Assembly (NCBI GenBank): GCA_965206745.1 | Contig: OZ242220.1 | Coordinates: 1,312,001 to 1,376,000, forward strand | From: Nitrosopumilus sp. | GTDB lineage: Archaea; Thermoproteota; Nitrososphaeria; Nitrososphaerales; Nitrosopumilaceae | Direction: 5' to 3' | DNA length: 64,000 nt | Shown: positions 8,579 through 18,100 of the stretch, in pieces | How the letters are laid out: each line of letters opens with the position of its first letter | Numbering within the stretch: the stretch's first letter is position 1 | Made by a program: the position numbers and the translations under genes | Notes under the pieces: generated by a model | What the model saw: the letters and a program-made list of their open reading frames with translations, nothing else | The model's database searches: none | Told to the model about the DNA's origin: nothing

Positions 8579-8860
8579 ATGACCAGCGAGGCAAGAAAAA
8601 AATACAATGTGGAATACTATAAGAGAAACAAAGAGAGGATACAAAAGTACCAGCGAGAGTATAATCAGAAAAACAAAGTGAGAGGGGCAAAAAATAACAA
8701 AGCATACGTTAAGAAACATAAGGAGAGGATACTAGAGTACCAGCGAGAATACCATCGGGAGTACAGAGAGAAGCACAAAGAGAGGTTGACAAAGTATAGG
8801 AAAGAATACTATCGCAAGTACTGGATAAAAAACAAAAAAAAGTTACAGCGTAAACGTTAG
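8579..8860 (+). CDS. highly basic K/R/Y/E-rich repeat protein
   Basis: Three imperfect (K)xKERI..YQREY repeats, also visible at nucleotide level. Confidence 0.6.
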   Translation: MTSEARKKYNVEYYKRNKERIQKYQREYNQKNKVRGAKNNKAYVKKHKERILEYQREYHREYREKHKERLTKYRKEYYRKYWIKNKKKLQRKR

Positions 8861-8904
8861 GTCCAAACCGGAATTGTACTCCCAAGGAATCTTTTATCCA
8901 AGGG

Positions 8905-9283
8905 CAGAAACAGGCAACAGAGTCAAGGGCAGAACAGTTGGGCAATTCCTCATCAGATCATTTAAGATGCCGGCATTGCCTACTTGGGTTTTTTTCGCCT
9001 CCAATTCCTTTTTGAATCGGTCTATGGGATCAGCACCGATGCAGGTACGACTGCATCTGCAAAGTTTGTCATTATAATCTCAATTCATGGCCACGCATGA
9101 GCAAACTATTTTGTAAACTTGCCTTTTTGATTTAATTTGGCTAGATTGGGAAACGGGGGACAGTGCAGTAGTCATGCAACAAAGCACACATGTCATGGTT
9201 TTGCTATGGCGTGTTGAAAGTAATTCATCATCGCAGGCATTCCCATCTGCCTTGAGAATCTTTAACTCTTTATGCCCAACCAT
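8905..9283 (-). pseudogene. possible decayed HTH regulator (TrmB-like) remnant
   Basis: Fragments across stops and frames: TALSPVSQSSQIKSKRQVYKIV / IEIIMTNF / GADPIDRFKKELEAKK; resemblance judged by eye only. Confidence 0.2.
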
Positions 9284-9391
9284 TATAATTGATATGCAGA
9301 GTGATGATTAGGTCCTGCTGAATTAGATGAGGAGACACGACCTGGGGTATCTGACTGCACAATTGGTTACTTTGTAATCACCTTGTCATTA

Positions 9392-9416
9392 ATAGTACGG
9401 TACCATACCGTACTAT
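9392..9416. promoter_or_regulatory. perfect 11-3-11 inverted repeat, putative operator
   Basis: ATAGTACGGTA-CCA-TACCGTACTAT ends on the base before ATG 9417 and overlaps a TTAATA TATA-like element. Confidence 0.65.
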
Positions 9417-9524
9417 ATGATACAATGCGAATACTGTCCGAAAGGATTTATCGAAACAGCAAATGGGTTGGCCGAAAAGACATTCCATGAATTGCTTCAC
9501 GAGCCAGAAGTTGTAAACAAGTAA
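9417..9524 (+). CDS. 35-aa C2H2-type zinc-finger-like microprotein (MIQCEYCPKGFIETANGLAEKTFHELLHEPEVVNK)
   Basis: CxxC...F...HxxxH; followed by a T-rich tract. Confidence 0.7.
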   Translation: MIQCEYCPKGFIETANGLAEKTFHELLHEPEVVNK

Positions 9525-9586
9525 ACCCTTTACATTTTTTATTTTACAACCCAACTTTTTTATCTTTAAATCTCAAGTGATACTAT

Positions 9587-11092
9587 ATGGCCGTCAAAAC
9601 CACAAGGAAAAAAACTGCCAGCAAGCCAAAAAAAGAACCAAGTCCGGCAGCACTACTAAAAAAAGTGGCATCGGTTTCAGATTCAAACAAGACACTGCAA
9701 AAGGAGATCAAGATCATGTCAAAGATATTTGGCGAGAATCAAAAAGTGTTAATTTCCATGAAAGGGATGATCGACACGCTGACTTCCACATTAGAACATA
9801 TTCAAAAGCAATCAAAGCAGATCAACATCATAGAGGATGATACTCAAAAACTGTACGCAGGGTTAAACCAAGTCAGATCACAGTCAGATCTGATCAGTAA
9901 AATCAACGGTCAGACATCCCAATTAGAAAAAGAGATCAACAGGGTCTCAGAGCTGCAAAAAGCGTCAAAATCACAAGAACTCTCACAGAATGTTGAGGAC
10001 AGCATGAATTCAATTAAAAACAACTCCCAGATGATCATCAAAATTGCTCAAAGAATAGACGAGGTCAGAGATGACCTAAGAAAGGTATCAGGAAAGACAG
10101 ATTCGTTCTCAGAGATCGGCTCTGAGATAGACAATCTGAGAGATACGATTAACGAAATCTCAGTAAAAACAGCAACATTAGATACGAGTTCTCAAATCAT
10201 CGAAAGTCTCAAAGATGAGCTTGGAAGGATTTCCCAAGGAGTCGCATCTACTTCAAATCTCAATGCGGAGCTAGATGCCATCAAAATCACAATTGATGCA
10301 ATTTCATCCAAGGCATCAAGAATTGACTCGCTTGGAGGAGTCATCGACGGCCTCAAGGAGCAGTTTGAGACGATATCAGCAAAAGCAAACTCTGTAGATA
10401 ATTTGGGCCTAGAATCCATCAAGGATCTTGGAGGCAAAATAGACAAGATCGAGGCTGAGATTGGGGCATTGGCACAGAGGGCAGATTCCACAGCATTTGT
10501 AGGAGAAGGGCTAAAATCAGTTCAGGAAGAAGTTTCCAGATTTAAGGAAAATATCTCTGATAAAACAGACAGTATAGAGCAGAAAATATCATCAGTCTCA
10601 GAGACACTAAAAAGACAGGACGAGTCTGCAATAGAATTTCATAGGAAATCCGAAAAGATCTTTGAGGAATTACAATCAGTCAAGCAGACTGCAAGCAAGG
10701 CATCTAATGATTCATCTAAGGAGATGATTGCATTGTTAAAACTTTCAGAATACCAATCAAAGATCAGAATGCATGCAGAATCAAAATACGGCGTGGTAAA
10801 GGATATAGAAAAGATGGCAGCGCAGACAGCAGACATCGTAAACCTATTTGACAGGATTTCCATAGAGTTGGGGGAAAAGATTCCGCTGCCCCACGAAGTC
10901 AGGCAGTGGGCAGTAGGCAAGATATTGGACTGCGCAGACAAATGGGAGTTGCGGTTTGGCGACGTTTACTCAATTTTGACAAATGCAATTGGCAGAGACA
11001 TGCTAAAAGAGGCAATCAGGATACAGCAGGTAAGAGACATTTATGGAATCAGGGCAGTAGATGAACTCAGAAAAGATCTAAACATATCCTGA
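9587..11092 (+). CDS. long coiled-coil protein with basic N-terminus
   Basis: Heptad-rich over about 350 aa, no TM segment, globular C-terminus. Confidence 0.8.
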   Translation: MAVKTTRKKTASKPKKEPSPAALLKKVASVSDSNKTLQKEIKIMSKIFGENQKVLISMKGMIDTLTSTLEHIQKQSKQINIIEDDTQKLYAGLNQVRSQSDLISKINGQTSQLEKEINRVSELQKASKSQELSQNVEDSMNSIKNNSQMIIKIAQRIDEVRDDLRKVSGKTDSFSEIGSEIDNLRDTINEISVKTATLDTSSQIIESLKDELGRISQGVASTSNLNAELDAIKITIDAISSKASRIDSLGGVIDGLKEQFETISAKANSVDNLGLESIKDLGGKIDKIEAEIGALAQRADSTAFVGEGLKSVQEEVSRFKENISDKTDSIEQKISSVSETLKRQDESAIEFHRKSEKIFEELQSVKQTASKASNDSSKEMIALLKLSEYQSKIRMHAESKYGVVKDIEKMAAQTADIVNLFDRISIELGEKIPLPHEVRQWAVGKILDCADKWELRFGDVYSILTNAIGRDMLKEAIRIQQVRDIYGIRAVDELRKDLNIS

Positions 11093-13153
11093 TCATTTCT
11101 CATCTGTCTCGGTGAGCTGTTCCTTCTTTCTCTTTAGTGCGGCAAAGATTCCAATGATGGCCGCAATCCAGACTCCACTGAATATCATATTTGCCGGACT
11201 GACATACATGTATGGGGTCGCATCCATGATGTTGATCTTCAACAATGACGCATTTTGCTTGATATCAAGCATGCCGGTATGATATGCAGAGTTGTCTTTA
11301 GGGATATCTGATATTTCGTTGAGGCCTATAAACAACGTGTCCAGGTTGTTTTGAATTCTAACAAAGTTTGTAGACTCTGTTCCAAATATCCAAACAGGGT
11401 TTCTCGAGATAATTTCGCCCTCAGAATCTAACGTCTTAGGCAAATTTACTATCACGGCATTCAAGTCTACCTGTATTGCATCCAAATGATTGCGAATGGT
11501 TTGAGGATCTGAGGAAGATACAACCCCATCAAGATTTCCCCGAATTCTATCTAGTGGGTAGATATCAGAGTTATATCCAGCAAATGCCATGTATACCCCA
11601 AAAATAATAAGTCCAAGTATCCCAATTATGGAAAGTTTGTAAACAGTGTTTGCCATCTTCTCTTTCTTAGTCCTTGGTCGATTAACACTTGATTTATTTC
11701 TTTTAAATCTAGTATGGGACAGACTCAGGTACGCAATAAAGAAAAAGCCGATGGTCTGAAGGGCAATGATTGGTACAAAGACGGGATTGTTTGAAAAGAT
11801 TGCAATAAAGATTCCCATAATTCCATAGATTCCAAAAAATATTTCCAAGAGAGTGGTTTGTGTAAATGGCAAGTTGTACGCCTTGTCCCTCCAATCGTCT
11901 TGTTTTGTTATAATTCCATATTTTGGAGTCCGATGAAACTCGTTCTTCTTGCCGAGTACCGCATCAAATACTGCCACAGTGTTGTTGACAGACATGCCAG
12001 CATTGTAGACAAGCAGTGCAGGAAGTAATTTCGCTTTGGATTTCCAGGACTTTGCATACATTCCCTGAATTACAATAATATACGCCCCAGGCCCCATTGC
12101 AAGATATGTCGCAATAGTCAATGCAGGCAGAACGCTTATGACATAGAGATTCATTTGCGCCGCTAGCAATACAGGCAATGACAAAAACTGTATCAGTACC
12201 AGAGGATAAACTATATGACGAGTGAGTTGAATGAATGCCTGAATCTTGGCTTCAATGGCAACACGGCGTTTTAGGGCGACATCTGAGAGCAATTTTATCG
12301 CGCATTGAATTGATCCCTTTGCCCAACGAAACTGCTGCCTTTTGGCACCATTCATCTGTGCGGGCAATTCTGCATCCACTACGATGTCAGGCAGAAACAA
12401 GCACTTCCAGCCTTTCATTTGTGCCCTATAGCTCAAATCAAGATCTTCGACGAGTGTTGCAGTGTGCCAGCCTCCGGCATCCTCAATGCACTCACGTCTC
12501 CAGATTCCAGCAGTCCCGTTAAAGTTCATAAAGAGATGCGAGTTGCTTTTTGCTTTTTGTTCTACGAGAAAATGAAAATCGATGCTGAGTGCTTGCACTT
12601 GGGTTATCGTGGAATAGTTTTCATTGAGGTGGCCCCACCTGCATTGGAGCAGACCGATGTTTGATGTTGCAAAATGAGGGATTGTTTTTTTGAGAAACCA
12701 GGAAGGGGGGATAAAGTCAGCATCAAAGATTGCAACCAAGTCAGTGTCAGTCGTTTTCATGGCATACTTCAAAGCACCAGCCTTGTACCCGCTCCTTGTT
12801 CCACGCCGCACGTGTTCGATTTGAAACCCTTGCTTTTTGTAGTCGTCGACGACATCCTCAAGCAGTTTAACTGTCTCATCATCAGAGTCATCACAGACCA
12901 TTATTCTCATTTTGTCTTTTGGGTAATCCATGTGACAAACTGCATCAACTAGCCGTTTTGCCACGTATCTTTCATTGTATATTGGCAATTGGATGGTGAC
13001 AGTCGGGATTCCCCAGTCAACGATGCGGTACGACTCTTTTCTCGTTCTTGAAAGTAGTGCAAGGTAGTAGAAATTAACCGTGTAAGCCGTGATGATTATC
13101 GCAGATATGATAAACAGATCAAAGACAAATAAAGTAAAAGGGTTGACAGCCAT
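11093..13153 (-). CDS. processive GT2 glycosyltransferase (cellulose synthase-like)
   Basis: DDS, KAGAL, DADF, VEDLDL, QQFRW motifs plus several TM helices. Confidence 0.93.
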   Translation of the reverse strand: MAVNPFTLFVFDLFIISAIIITAYTVNFYYLALLSRTRKESYRIVDWGIPTVTIQLPIYNERYVAKRLVDAVCHMDYPKDKMRIMVCDDSDDETVKLLEDVVDDYKKQGFQIEHVRRGTRSGYKAGALKYAMKTTDTDLVAIFDADFIPPSWFLKKTIPHFATSNIGLLQCRWGHLNENYSTITQVQALSIDFHFLVEQKAKSNSHLFMNFNGTAGIWRRECIEDAGGWHTATLVEDLDLSYRAQMKGWKCLFLPDIVVDAELPAQMNGAKRQQFRWAKGSIQCAIKLLSDVALKRRVAIEAKIQAFIQLTRHIVYPLVLIQFLSLPVLLAAQMNLYVISVLPALTIATYLAMGPGAYIIVIQGMYAKSWKSKAKLLPALLVYNAGMSVNNTVAVFDAVLGKKNEFHRTPKYGIITKQDDWRDKAYNLPFTQTTLLEIFFGIYGIMGIFIAIFSNNPVFVPIIALQTIGFFFIAYLSLSHTRFKRNKSSVNRPRTKKEKMANTVYKLSIIGILGLIIFGVYMAFAGYNSDIYPLDRIRGNLDGVVSSSDPQTIRNHLDAIQVDLNAVIVNLPKTLDSEGEIISRNPVWIFGTESTNFVRIQNNLDTLFIGLNEISDIPKDNSAYHTGMLDIKQNASLLKINIMDATPYMYVSPANMIFSGVWIAAIIGIFAALKRKKEQLTETDEK

Positions 13154-13207
13154 AATCCCTAGATCCACAGAAGTACTAATCGCTATTTAAAGTGCAAGGA
13201 AACAAAA

Positions 13208-14155
13208 TTATTTTTGCTCGTAGATCTTGATTGCCTGTGGAGGACAAACGCCTTCGCATGCAAGACAAAAGATGCAGTCAGGCTCTTTGGACATCAATGG
13301 CTTTTTCTCAGACCCAGGATTTCCAGGAGTGTCAAACCACTCGTAAACGCCGACAGGACAGGCTTCAAGGCATCCGCCATCGGCAATGCAGATATCATAG
13401 TCTACTGAAACAAATTCGCCCCAAACTCCCATAATGGCATTGCTTGTGCCCCTTCTTCCCCACGTTTTGATTGTGTGTTCGGGCGCATCATATGACGTTG
13501 ATGTCTTCATCTTTGATTTGTAATCAACGTCAATTGGACCCGGCTTTGAGCCGTCTGGAATTTCAAGCGGCTCCTCCTCTTCATCAGCTTGTTCATCTGT
13601 TGTCTCAACGGGTTTTGGCTTTGCACCAAGAACAATTTTTGCCAAGGGTGTCAACTCTTCTAATTTTTGGATAGCGGCAACTTCGGAGATTTTTTCCTTC
13701 TTTGCAAAATAAGAGATCATTTTGTCAGCCAAAATCGTATTTCGTAAAATTGTGTCAATGACTAGTTTGGCAAAATGATCTGCCTTTTTTCTGTAATCTT
13801 TGACCCAGTTAGGATCACCGAACTTTTCAATTGGGAAAATTTGATAAATAATATCCACTACTTCGCCGGTGACAATCTCTACTGTAACTGAGAGATCAAC
13901 CTCCCGGTATCCTTTTGCATCAGGATCATCCATGTTCTGCTCCTTCCAACGATATGTCGCATAGATCCTGTCTGCATACATGTCCATTTCAAATGCCTTT
14001 TTGAGGCCGTCATGGACAGATTTGAGCTCAGATGGCTCTTCAAGTTTAATTGGCAACCTGTAAAGTCCGAGCTTGAATCCATGCAGAGGGTAGACACCTC
14101 GCTTTGCAGTAGGTGCCTCCATTGACCATACCCGATCTTTTAGAAGTAAAGACAT
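13208..14155 (-). CDS. ferredoxin-domain protein (C-terminal dicluster ferredoxin)
   Basis: CIADGGCLEACP and CIFCLACEGVCP motifs after a long N-terminal domain. Confidence 0.88.
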   Translation of the reverse strand: MSLLLKDRVWSMEAPTAKRGVYPLHGFKLGLYRLPIKLEEPSELKSVHDGLKKAFEMDMYADRIYATYRWKEQNMDDPDAKGYREVDLSVTVEIVTGEVVDIIYQIFPIEKFGDPNWVKDYRKKADHFAKLVIDTILRNTILADKMISYFAKKEKISEVAAIQKLEELTPLAKIVLGAKPKPVETTDEQADEEEEPLEIPDGSKPGPIDVDYKSKMKTSTSYDAPEHTIKTWGRRGTSNAIMGVWGEFVSVDYDICIADGGCLEACPVGVYEWFDTPGNPGSEKKPLMSKEPDCIFCLACEGVCPPQAIKIYEQK

Positions 14156-14191
14156 CTGAATATTCTAACTTGATTTTATTTAAAAAGGTTA

Positions 14192-14500
14192 TCAGTCATC
14201 CTCAGGGCACGTAAGTTCCCTAAGTTCGGTGTATTTCTTGTCCATGGCTTTTGCATGAACCAGTACCTGGGACAGATCGTAGGAATCCTTTGGAAAATAC
14301 CAGCGAATGGGAACCCAGTGCCCAATTCCGTCCATATCGTGGATCATCCCCTTGTCAGATTTGACACCAATTTTTTCGTCAACAGACGTCTCCTTGACCT
14401 CAAGGCCACGTTTGGTCTTATCCTCCATTACAATATCAGATCCGGCATCCTTGATGAAGTAAAAGATGCCTTTCTCAAGTATGGGAAGGTCTAAAAGCAA
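14192..14500 (-). CDS. conserved hypothetical protein
   Basis: ORF directly downstream of the sulfurtransferase. Confidence 0.75.
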   Translation of the reverse strand: MLLDLPILEKGIFYFIKDAGSDIVMEDKTKRGLEVKETSVDEKIGVKSDKGMIHDMDGIGHWVPIRWYFPKDSYDLSQVLVHAKAMDKKYTELRELTCPEDD

Positions 14501-14501
14501 T

Positions 14502-15347
14502 TTATCTTTCCACAGGATTTCCTATCATGTTTCCCCATTCAGTCCAAGAACCATCATAGTTTCTGACCTTTGGATAGCCAAGCAGATATTTCAATACAAA
14601 CCAACTGTGCGAAGAGCGTTCCCCAATTCTGCAGTAACAGATCACGTCCTTGTCCGGCGTCACGCCCTCTGTTTCATAGTTTTGCTTTAGTTCCTCAACT
14701 GTCTTGAATGTTCCATCAGCATCATTGACTGCAGTTGCCCATGGAATGTTATTGGCATCAGGAATGTGTCCTCCTCTTTGCGCATGCTCCATTGGGTATT
14801 CAGGGGGCGCGGTAATTTTACCAGTGAACTCTGCAGGTGATCTCACATCAACTAGTACGGTGTCCTCTTTTCCCAAGGATCTGCTCACATCAAACAAATA
14901 TGCGCGCAGTCCCTCATCTGGAGGCTGTGCAGCATAGGTTGTAGAGTCTGTCTTGGGCTCATCGGTGGTATAGTCTCTGCTTTCCAATTCCCATTTTTTT
15001 CTTCCGCCATTCATAATCTTAAGATTTTCGTGGCCGTAAATTTTGAAAACCCAAAAGACAAATGCGGCAAACCAATTGTTAAAGTCGCCATAAAGAATAA
15101 CCTCAGTATCGGCAGTAATTCCGTTTTTGGCCATTAATGCCTCAAATTCCTTTTTACCAATGATGTCCCGTGTAAGTGGATCATTGATGTCCCGCTTCCA
15201 CCAGATTAAACTAGCGCCATTGATGTGGCCCTTTTGGTATCCATTTACAGGATCATAGTCAACCTCAACTAGTTTTCTGCCTTCATTGGGGGGATTTTGT
15301 GACACCCATTCGGTATCAACTAGGACTTCTGGGTGTGCGTAACTCAT
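14502..15347 (-). CDS. thiosulfate sulfurtransferase (tandem rhodanese)
   Basis: MSYAHPEVLVDTEWV, GHIPDA, YCRIGERSS, YDGSWTEW; start corrected to 15347. Confidence 0.95.
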   Translation of the reverse strand: MSYAHPEVLVDTEWVSQNPPNEGRKLVEVDYDPVNGYQKGHINGASLIWWKRDINDPLTRDIIGKKEFEALMAKNGITADTEVILYGDFNNWFAAFVFWVFKIYGHENLKIMNGGRKKWELESRDYTTDEPKTDSTTYAAQPPDEGLRAYLFDVSRSLGKEDTVLVDVRSPAEFTGKITAPPEYPMEHAQRGGHIPDANNIPWATAVNDADGTFKTVEELKQNYETEGVTPDKDVICYCRIGERSSHSWFVLKYLLGYPKVRNYDGSWTEWGNMIGNPVER

Positions 15348-15435
15348 ATGGTGTACGGGACTGTTTTCATACTTATTTGTTTTTCCAATGGATAAAAATA
15401 TCATTTTTAAGTAAACATGATTCAGAAGAACTGCC

Positions 15436-16251
15436 TTGAAATTGCATAAAGTGGCAGTGGTGAGTAAGGTAGGATCCAAAGAGTCAGAGCAGGCTGCAAA
15501 GGATCTTACAAAAAAGCTGCTAGCAAAAAAATCAGACGTGTTTACGATTGCCCCAATTGAGGTTGAAGGTGCAAAACAGATGGACACTCTGGAAGAGTTG
15601 AAAAAAGAGAGATTGGATTTGGTAATCACCCTCGGGGGGGATGGAACCACGCTCAGGGTATTTAGAAACTTGGAAAATGAGACGCCGATTCTAACCATCA
15701 ATGTGGGAGGAAACAGGGGAATTTTATCAGAAATAACGATTAATGAGATTGATGATGCAATAGAGCAAATTTTGAAAGGCAATTTCTTTTTGGATAAGAG
15801 AACCAGAGTGGTGGCATCTTGCGGAGGAAAGGAATTTCCACCGGCACTAAATGAGATTTACATTACCAGAACAAATTTGACTAAAACTGCCGAAATTGAA
15901 ATAAAGTTCCAAGACGACACAGTAATGCAAAAGATGGACGGGGTGATAATTGCCACGCCAAGCGGTTCTACAGGCCACTCATTCTCATTGGGAGGTCCAA
16001 TTCTGCACGAAAGCTTGGATGTCTTAATCATAACCCCTGTTGCACCAGTGTACAGATTAGCATCACTGATTGTTCCAGATGAAAAAATTGAAATTGTCTG
16101 TTCGCATGATTGCAACATTGCAATGGATGCACAAGTTGTCAGGGCAGTAGGATATGAAGAACCAATCACAATAAGGAGATACAAAAAACATGCAGTCTTT
16201 CTAAGATTAAAGAAGAGGGGACTAAGACAGATGAGCAAGCTTGGATTTTAG
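15436..16251 (+). CDS. nadK: NAD kinase
   Basis: LGGDGT, ALNE, DGVIIATPSGSTGHSFSLGGP motifs. Confidence 0.95.
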   Translation: MKLHKVAVVSKVGSKESEQAAKDLTKKLLAKKSDVFTIAPIEVEGAKQMDTLEELKKERLDLVITLGGDGTTLRVFRNLENETPILTINVGGNRGILSEITINEIDDAIEQILKGNFFLDKRTRVVASCGGKEFPPALNEIYITRTNLTKTAEIEIKFQDDTVMQKMDGVIIATPSGSTGHSFSLGGPILHESLDVLIITPVAPVYRLASLIVPDEKIEIVCSHDCNIAMDAQVVRAVGYEEPITIRRYKKHAVFLRLKKRGLRQMSKLGF

Positions 16252-16744
16252 GATTTTGGATGCTAGCGCATTTTATGCTGGGGTTCCATTTGGATCATCA
16301 GAGGACTGCTACACCACATCTCTAGTTTATGAGGAAATCAAGCACATAAAGAAGAACCACGATGCATTGGGAACTTTGCTTGAGACTAACAGGCTGAAGA
16401 TCAGGGAGCCGGATTTGGAATCGACAAAAAATGCAATCAAGGCATCAAAGGACACGGGGGATTTTCCCCAGCTATCAAAGCAAGACATCTCAATTATTGC
16501 ATTGTGCATTGAGATGGAGGGTCAGATTATCAGTGATGATTTTGCAATTTCAAACGTAGCCAAAAATCTGGGTTTGAAGGTTTTGCCCATCATGACAAAC
16601 GGTATCAGAGACGTTGGAAGATGGATTCATTACTGTCCGGGTTGCAAAAGCAGTCACGCATCAGGAAAAGAGTGTCCAATGTGTGGAACGGCATTAAAAA
16701 GAAAGCTGCTCAAGGGGAAATCACATTCATCAAGTGAACAATAA
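16241..16744 (+). CDS. nob1: Nob1-like PIN endonuclease with Zn ribbon
   Basis: ILDASAF, LSKQD, SDDFAISNVA, CPGC...CPMCG. Confidence 0.9.
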   Translation: MDFRILDASAFYAGVPFGSSEDCYTTSLVYEEIKHIKKNHDALGTLLETNRLKIREPDLESTKNAIKASKDTGDFPQLSKQDISIIALCIEMEGQIISDDFAISNVAKNLGLKVLPIMTNGIRDVGRWIHYCPGCKSSHASGKECPMCGTALKRKLLKGKSHSSSEQ

Positions 16745-16822
16745 GGCCATCACTTTTGCGAATCTGACTACAAAAGCACACCTAGACAGATAAACTCAAG
16801 AGTTCAGAGTGCAGTCATTTGT

Positions 16823-17086
16823 TTAAGAGGATTTTCTGGTCAAACCCTTTGCAGATTCAATCGAGTCATGGCTTGCCTGAATTAGTCGAAGAGTGGAATT
16901 TAGGTTTGCCCTAAGATGGGTCAGTTGGTCAGTCTCAACTACAATTACGATTTTTTTATCAAAAGTTATCAGGGTCTTTACAGGATTTTCAGGATAGAAT
17001 TCATTGTCAGCGTTTACAGAATCATAGATTGCTTTTGATCTGTCTTTTGCGTCAACTGTGACTATAGCACTAAAGTTTAATGTCAT
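16823..17086 (-). CDS. pcc1: KEOPS complex subunit Pcc1
   Basis: HLRANLNSTLRLI motif; canonical position after rpl37ae. Confidence 0.88.
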   Translation of the reverse strand: MTLNFSAIVTVDAKDRSKAIYDSVNADNEFYPENPVKTLITFDKKIVIVVETDQLTHLRANLNSTLRLIQASHDSIESAKGLTRKSS

Positions 17087-17282
17087 ATGCCGTACCAGCT
17101 ACTTTATAGCTGCACTTTTTACAAGACCAGATTCCAACTGCGTCACGGCTAAATTTTTCTGAACCGCACTGAGGACAAGTCCTCTTCTCCTTTAGGGTGA
17201 AATGGATCTTTGTGTACTGCTTTCGAAGTTTGATTCCATAGCGGGCACCTAGCCCTTTGAGAGATTTTTTTGCTTTTGCCAT
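17070..17282 (-). CDS. rpl37ae: 50S ribosomal protein L37ae (eL43)
   Basis: GARYG..LRK, CPQCG, GIWSCKKC. Confidence 0.96.
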   Translation of the reverse strand: MAKAKKSLKGLGARYGIKLRKQYTKIHFTLKEKRTCPQCGSEKFSRDAVGIWSCKKCSYKVAGTAYDIKL

Positions 17283-17284
17283 TA

Positions 17285-18100
17285 TTAACTGCCCTTTTGG
17301 TATTCTTTTAATTTTTCCCTTATTTTTGCACCCACTCTTACGGATATTTCACCGCACTGGTTAATTTCATCCTGCGTAAACCCGTTACTGCCGCCTTTTT
17401 GCAATGCACAGATGTTCCCATCAGAGTCACTCGTTATTGTAATGCGGGCATCCATGACACCCCATTCATCCCCATTGGGATCAACTACAATATGACTGCC
17501 AATCTTTCCCATGGTAACAGATACCGGAATTGTGGATATTGGCAAGAAAGTATCCTCACCCTCAACAAGCGTAGGACGCTCATCAACCCAGTTCCATTTT
17601 GGGGTTTTTGAGGTAAGCAGTGCCGCAGTAGCAGCATAAGAGCATGCATCAAACAAATTTCCATCATAATCAACAACCACATTATCTGCAAAGACACCAA
17701 TTACTGACTTGTCCTTCTCAATTACCAGCTGAGAGACATCAACCATGTGGCTCTCTCTAATACCCCTGTCAACAACTCTTGCCAACTCGATTACAGGTGG
17801 CTGTGGTGGACCAGTCTCAACGGTAGGATGCGACAGTGGCAATAGTTCGGCAGTACAGATGAAGAGACCTTTGTCACCAGTGTCTGGAAATGGCCTGTCT
17901 GGTTGAATTTTTACCCCGCATATCACCTCGGTTTCTCCAAGACGGACTCTTGCCGAACCGTTTGCTTTGGGAATAGCATTAGTCTCAATAGTGATCTGAC
18001 GTGGCTCATCAAATGCACGCCCGTCAACACGCTTTGCCTGTCCTAACAATTCAAGTATCTGCGCCTTTTTTAGTTCATCAATAACGGAGACAGAGGTCAA
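17285..18100 (-). CDS. rrp42: exosome complex component Rrp42
   Basis: RVDGR, ANGSARVRLG, IELARVVDRGIRES. Confidence 0.96.
   Translation of the reverse strand: MTSVSVIDELKKAQILELLGQAKRVDGRAFDEPRQITIETNAIPKANGSARVRLGETEVICGVKIQPDRPFPDTGDKGLFICTAELLPLSHPTVETGPPQPPVIELARVVDRGIRESHMVDVSQLVIEKDKSVIGVFADNVVVDYDGNLFDACSYAATAALLTSKTPKWNWVDERPTLVEGEDTFLPISTIPVSVTMGKIGSHIVVDPNGDEWGVMDARITITSDSDGNICALQKGGSNGFTQDEINQCGEISVRVGAKIREKLKEYQKGS

Noticed and set aside
14502-15782. 426-aa ORF as an extended sulfurtransferase overlapping NAD kinase
   Set aside because: The first 145 aa are the antisense shadow of nadK; rhodanese homology starts at ATG 15347.
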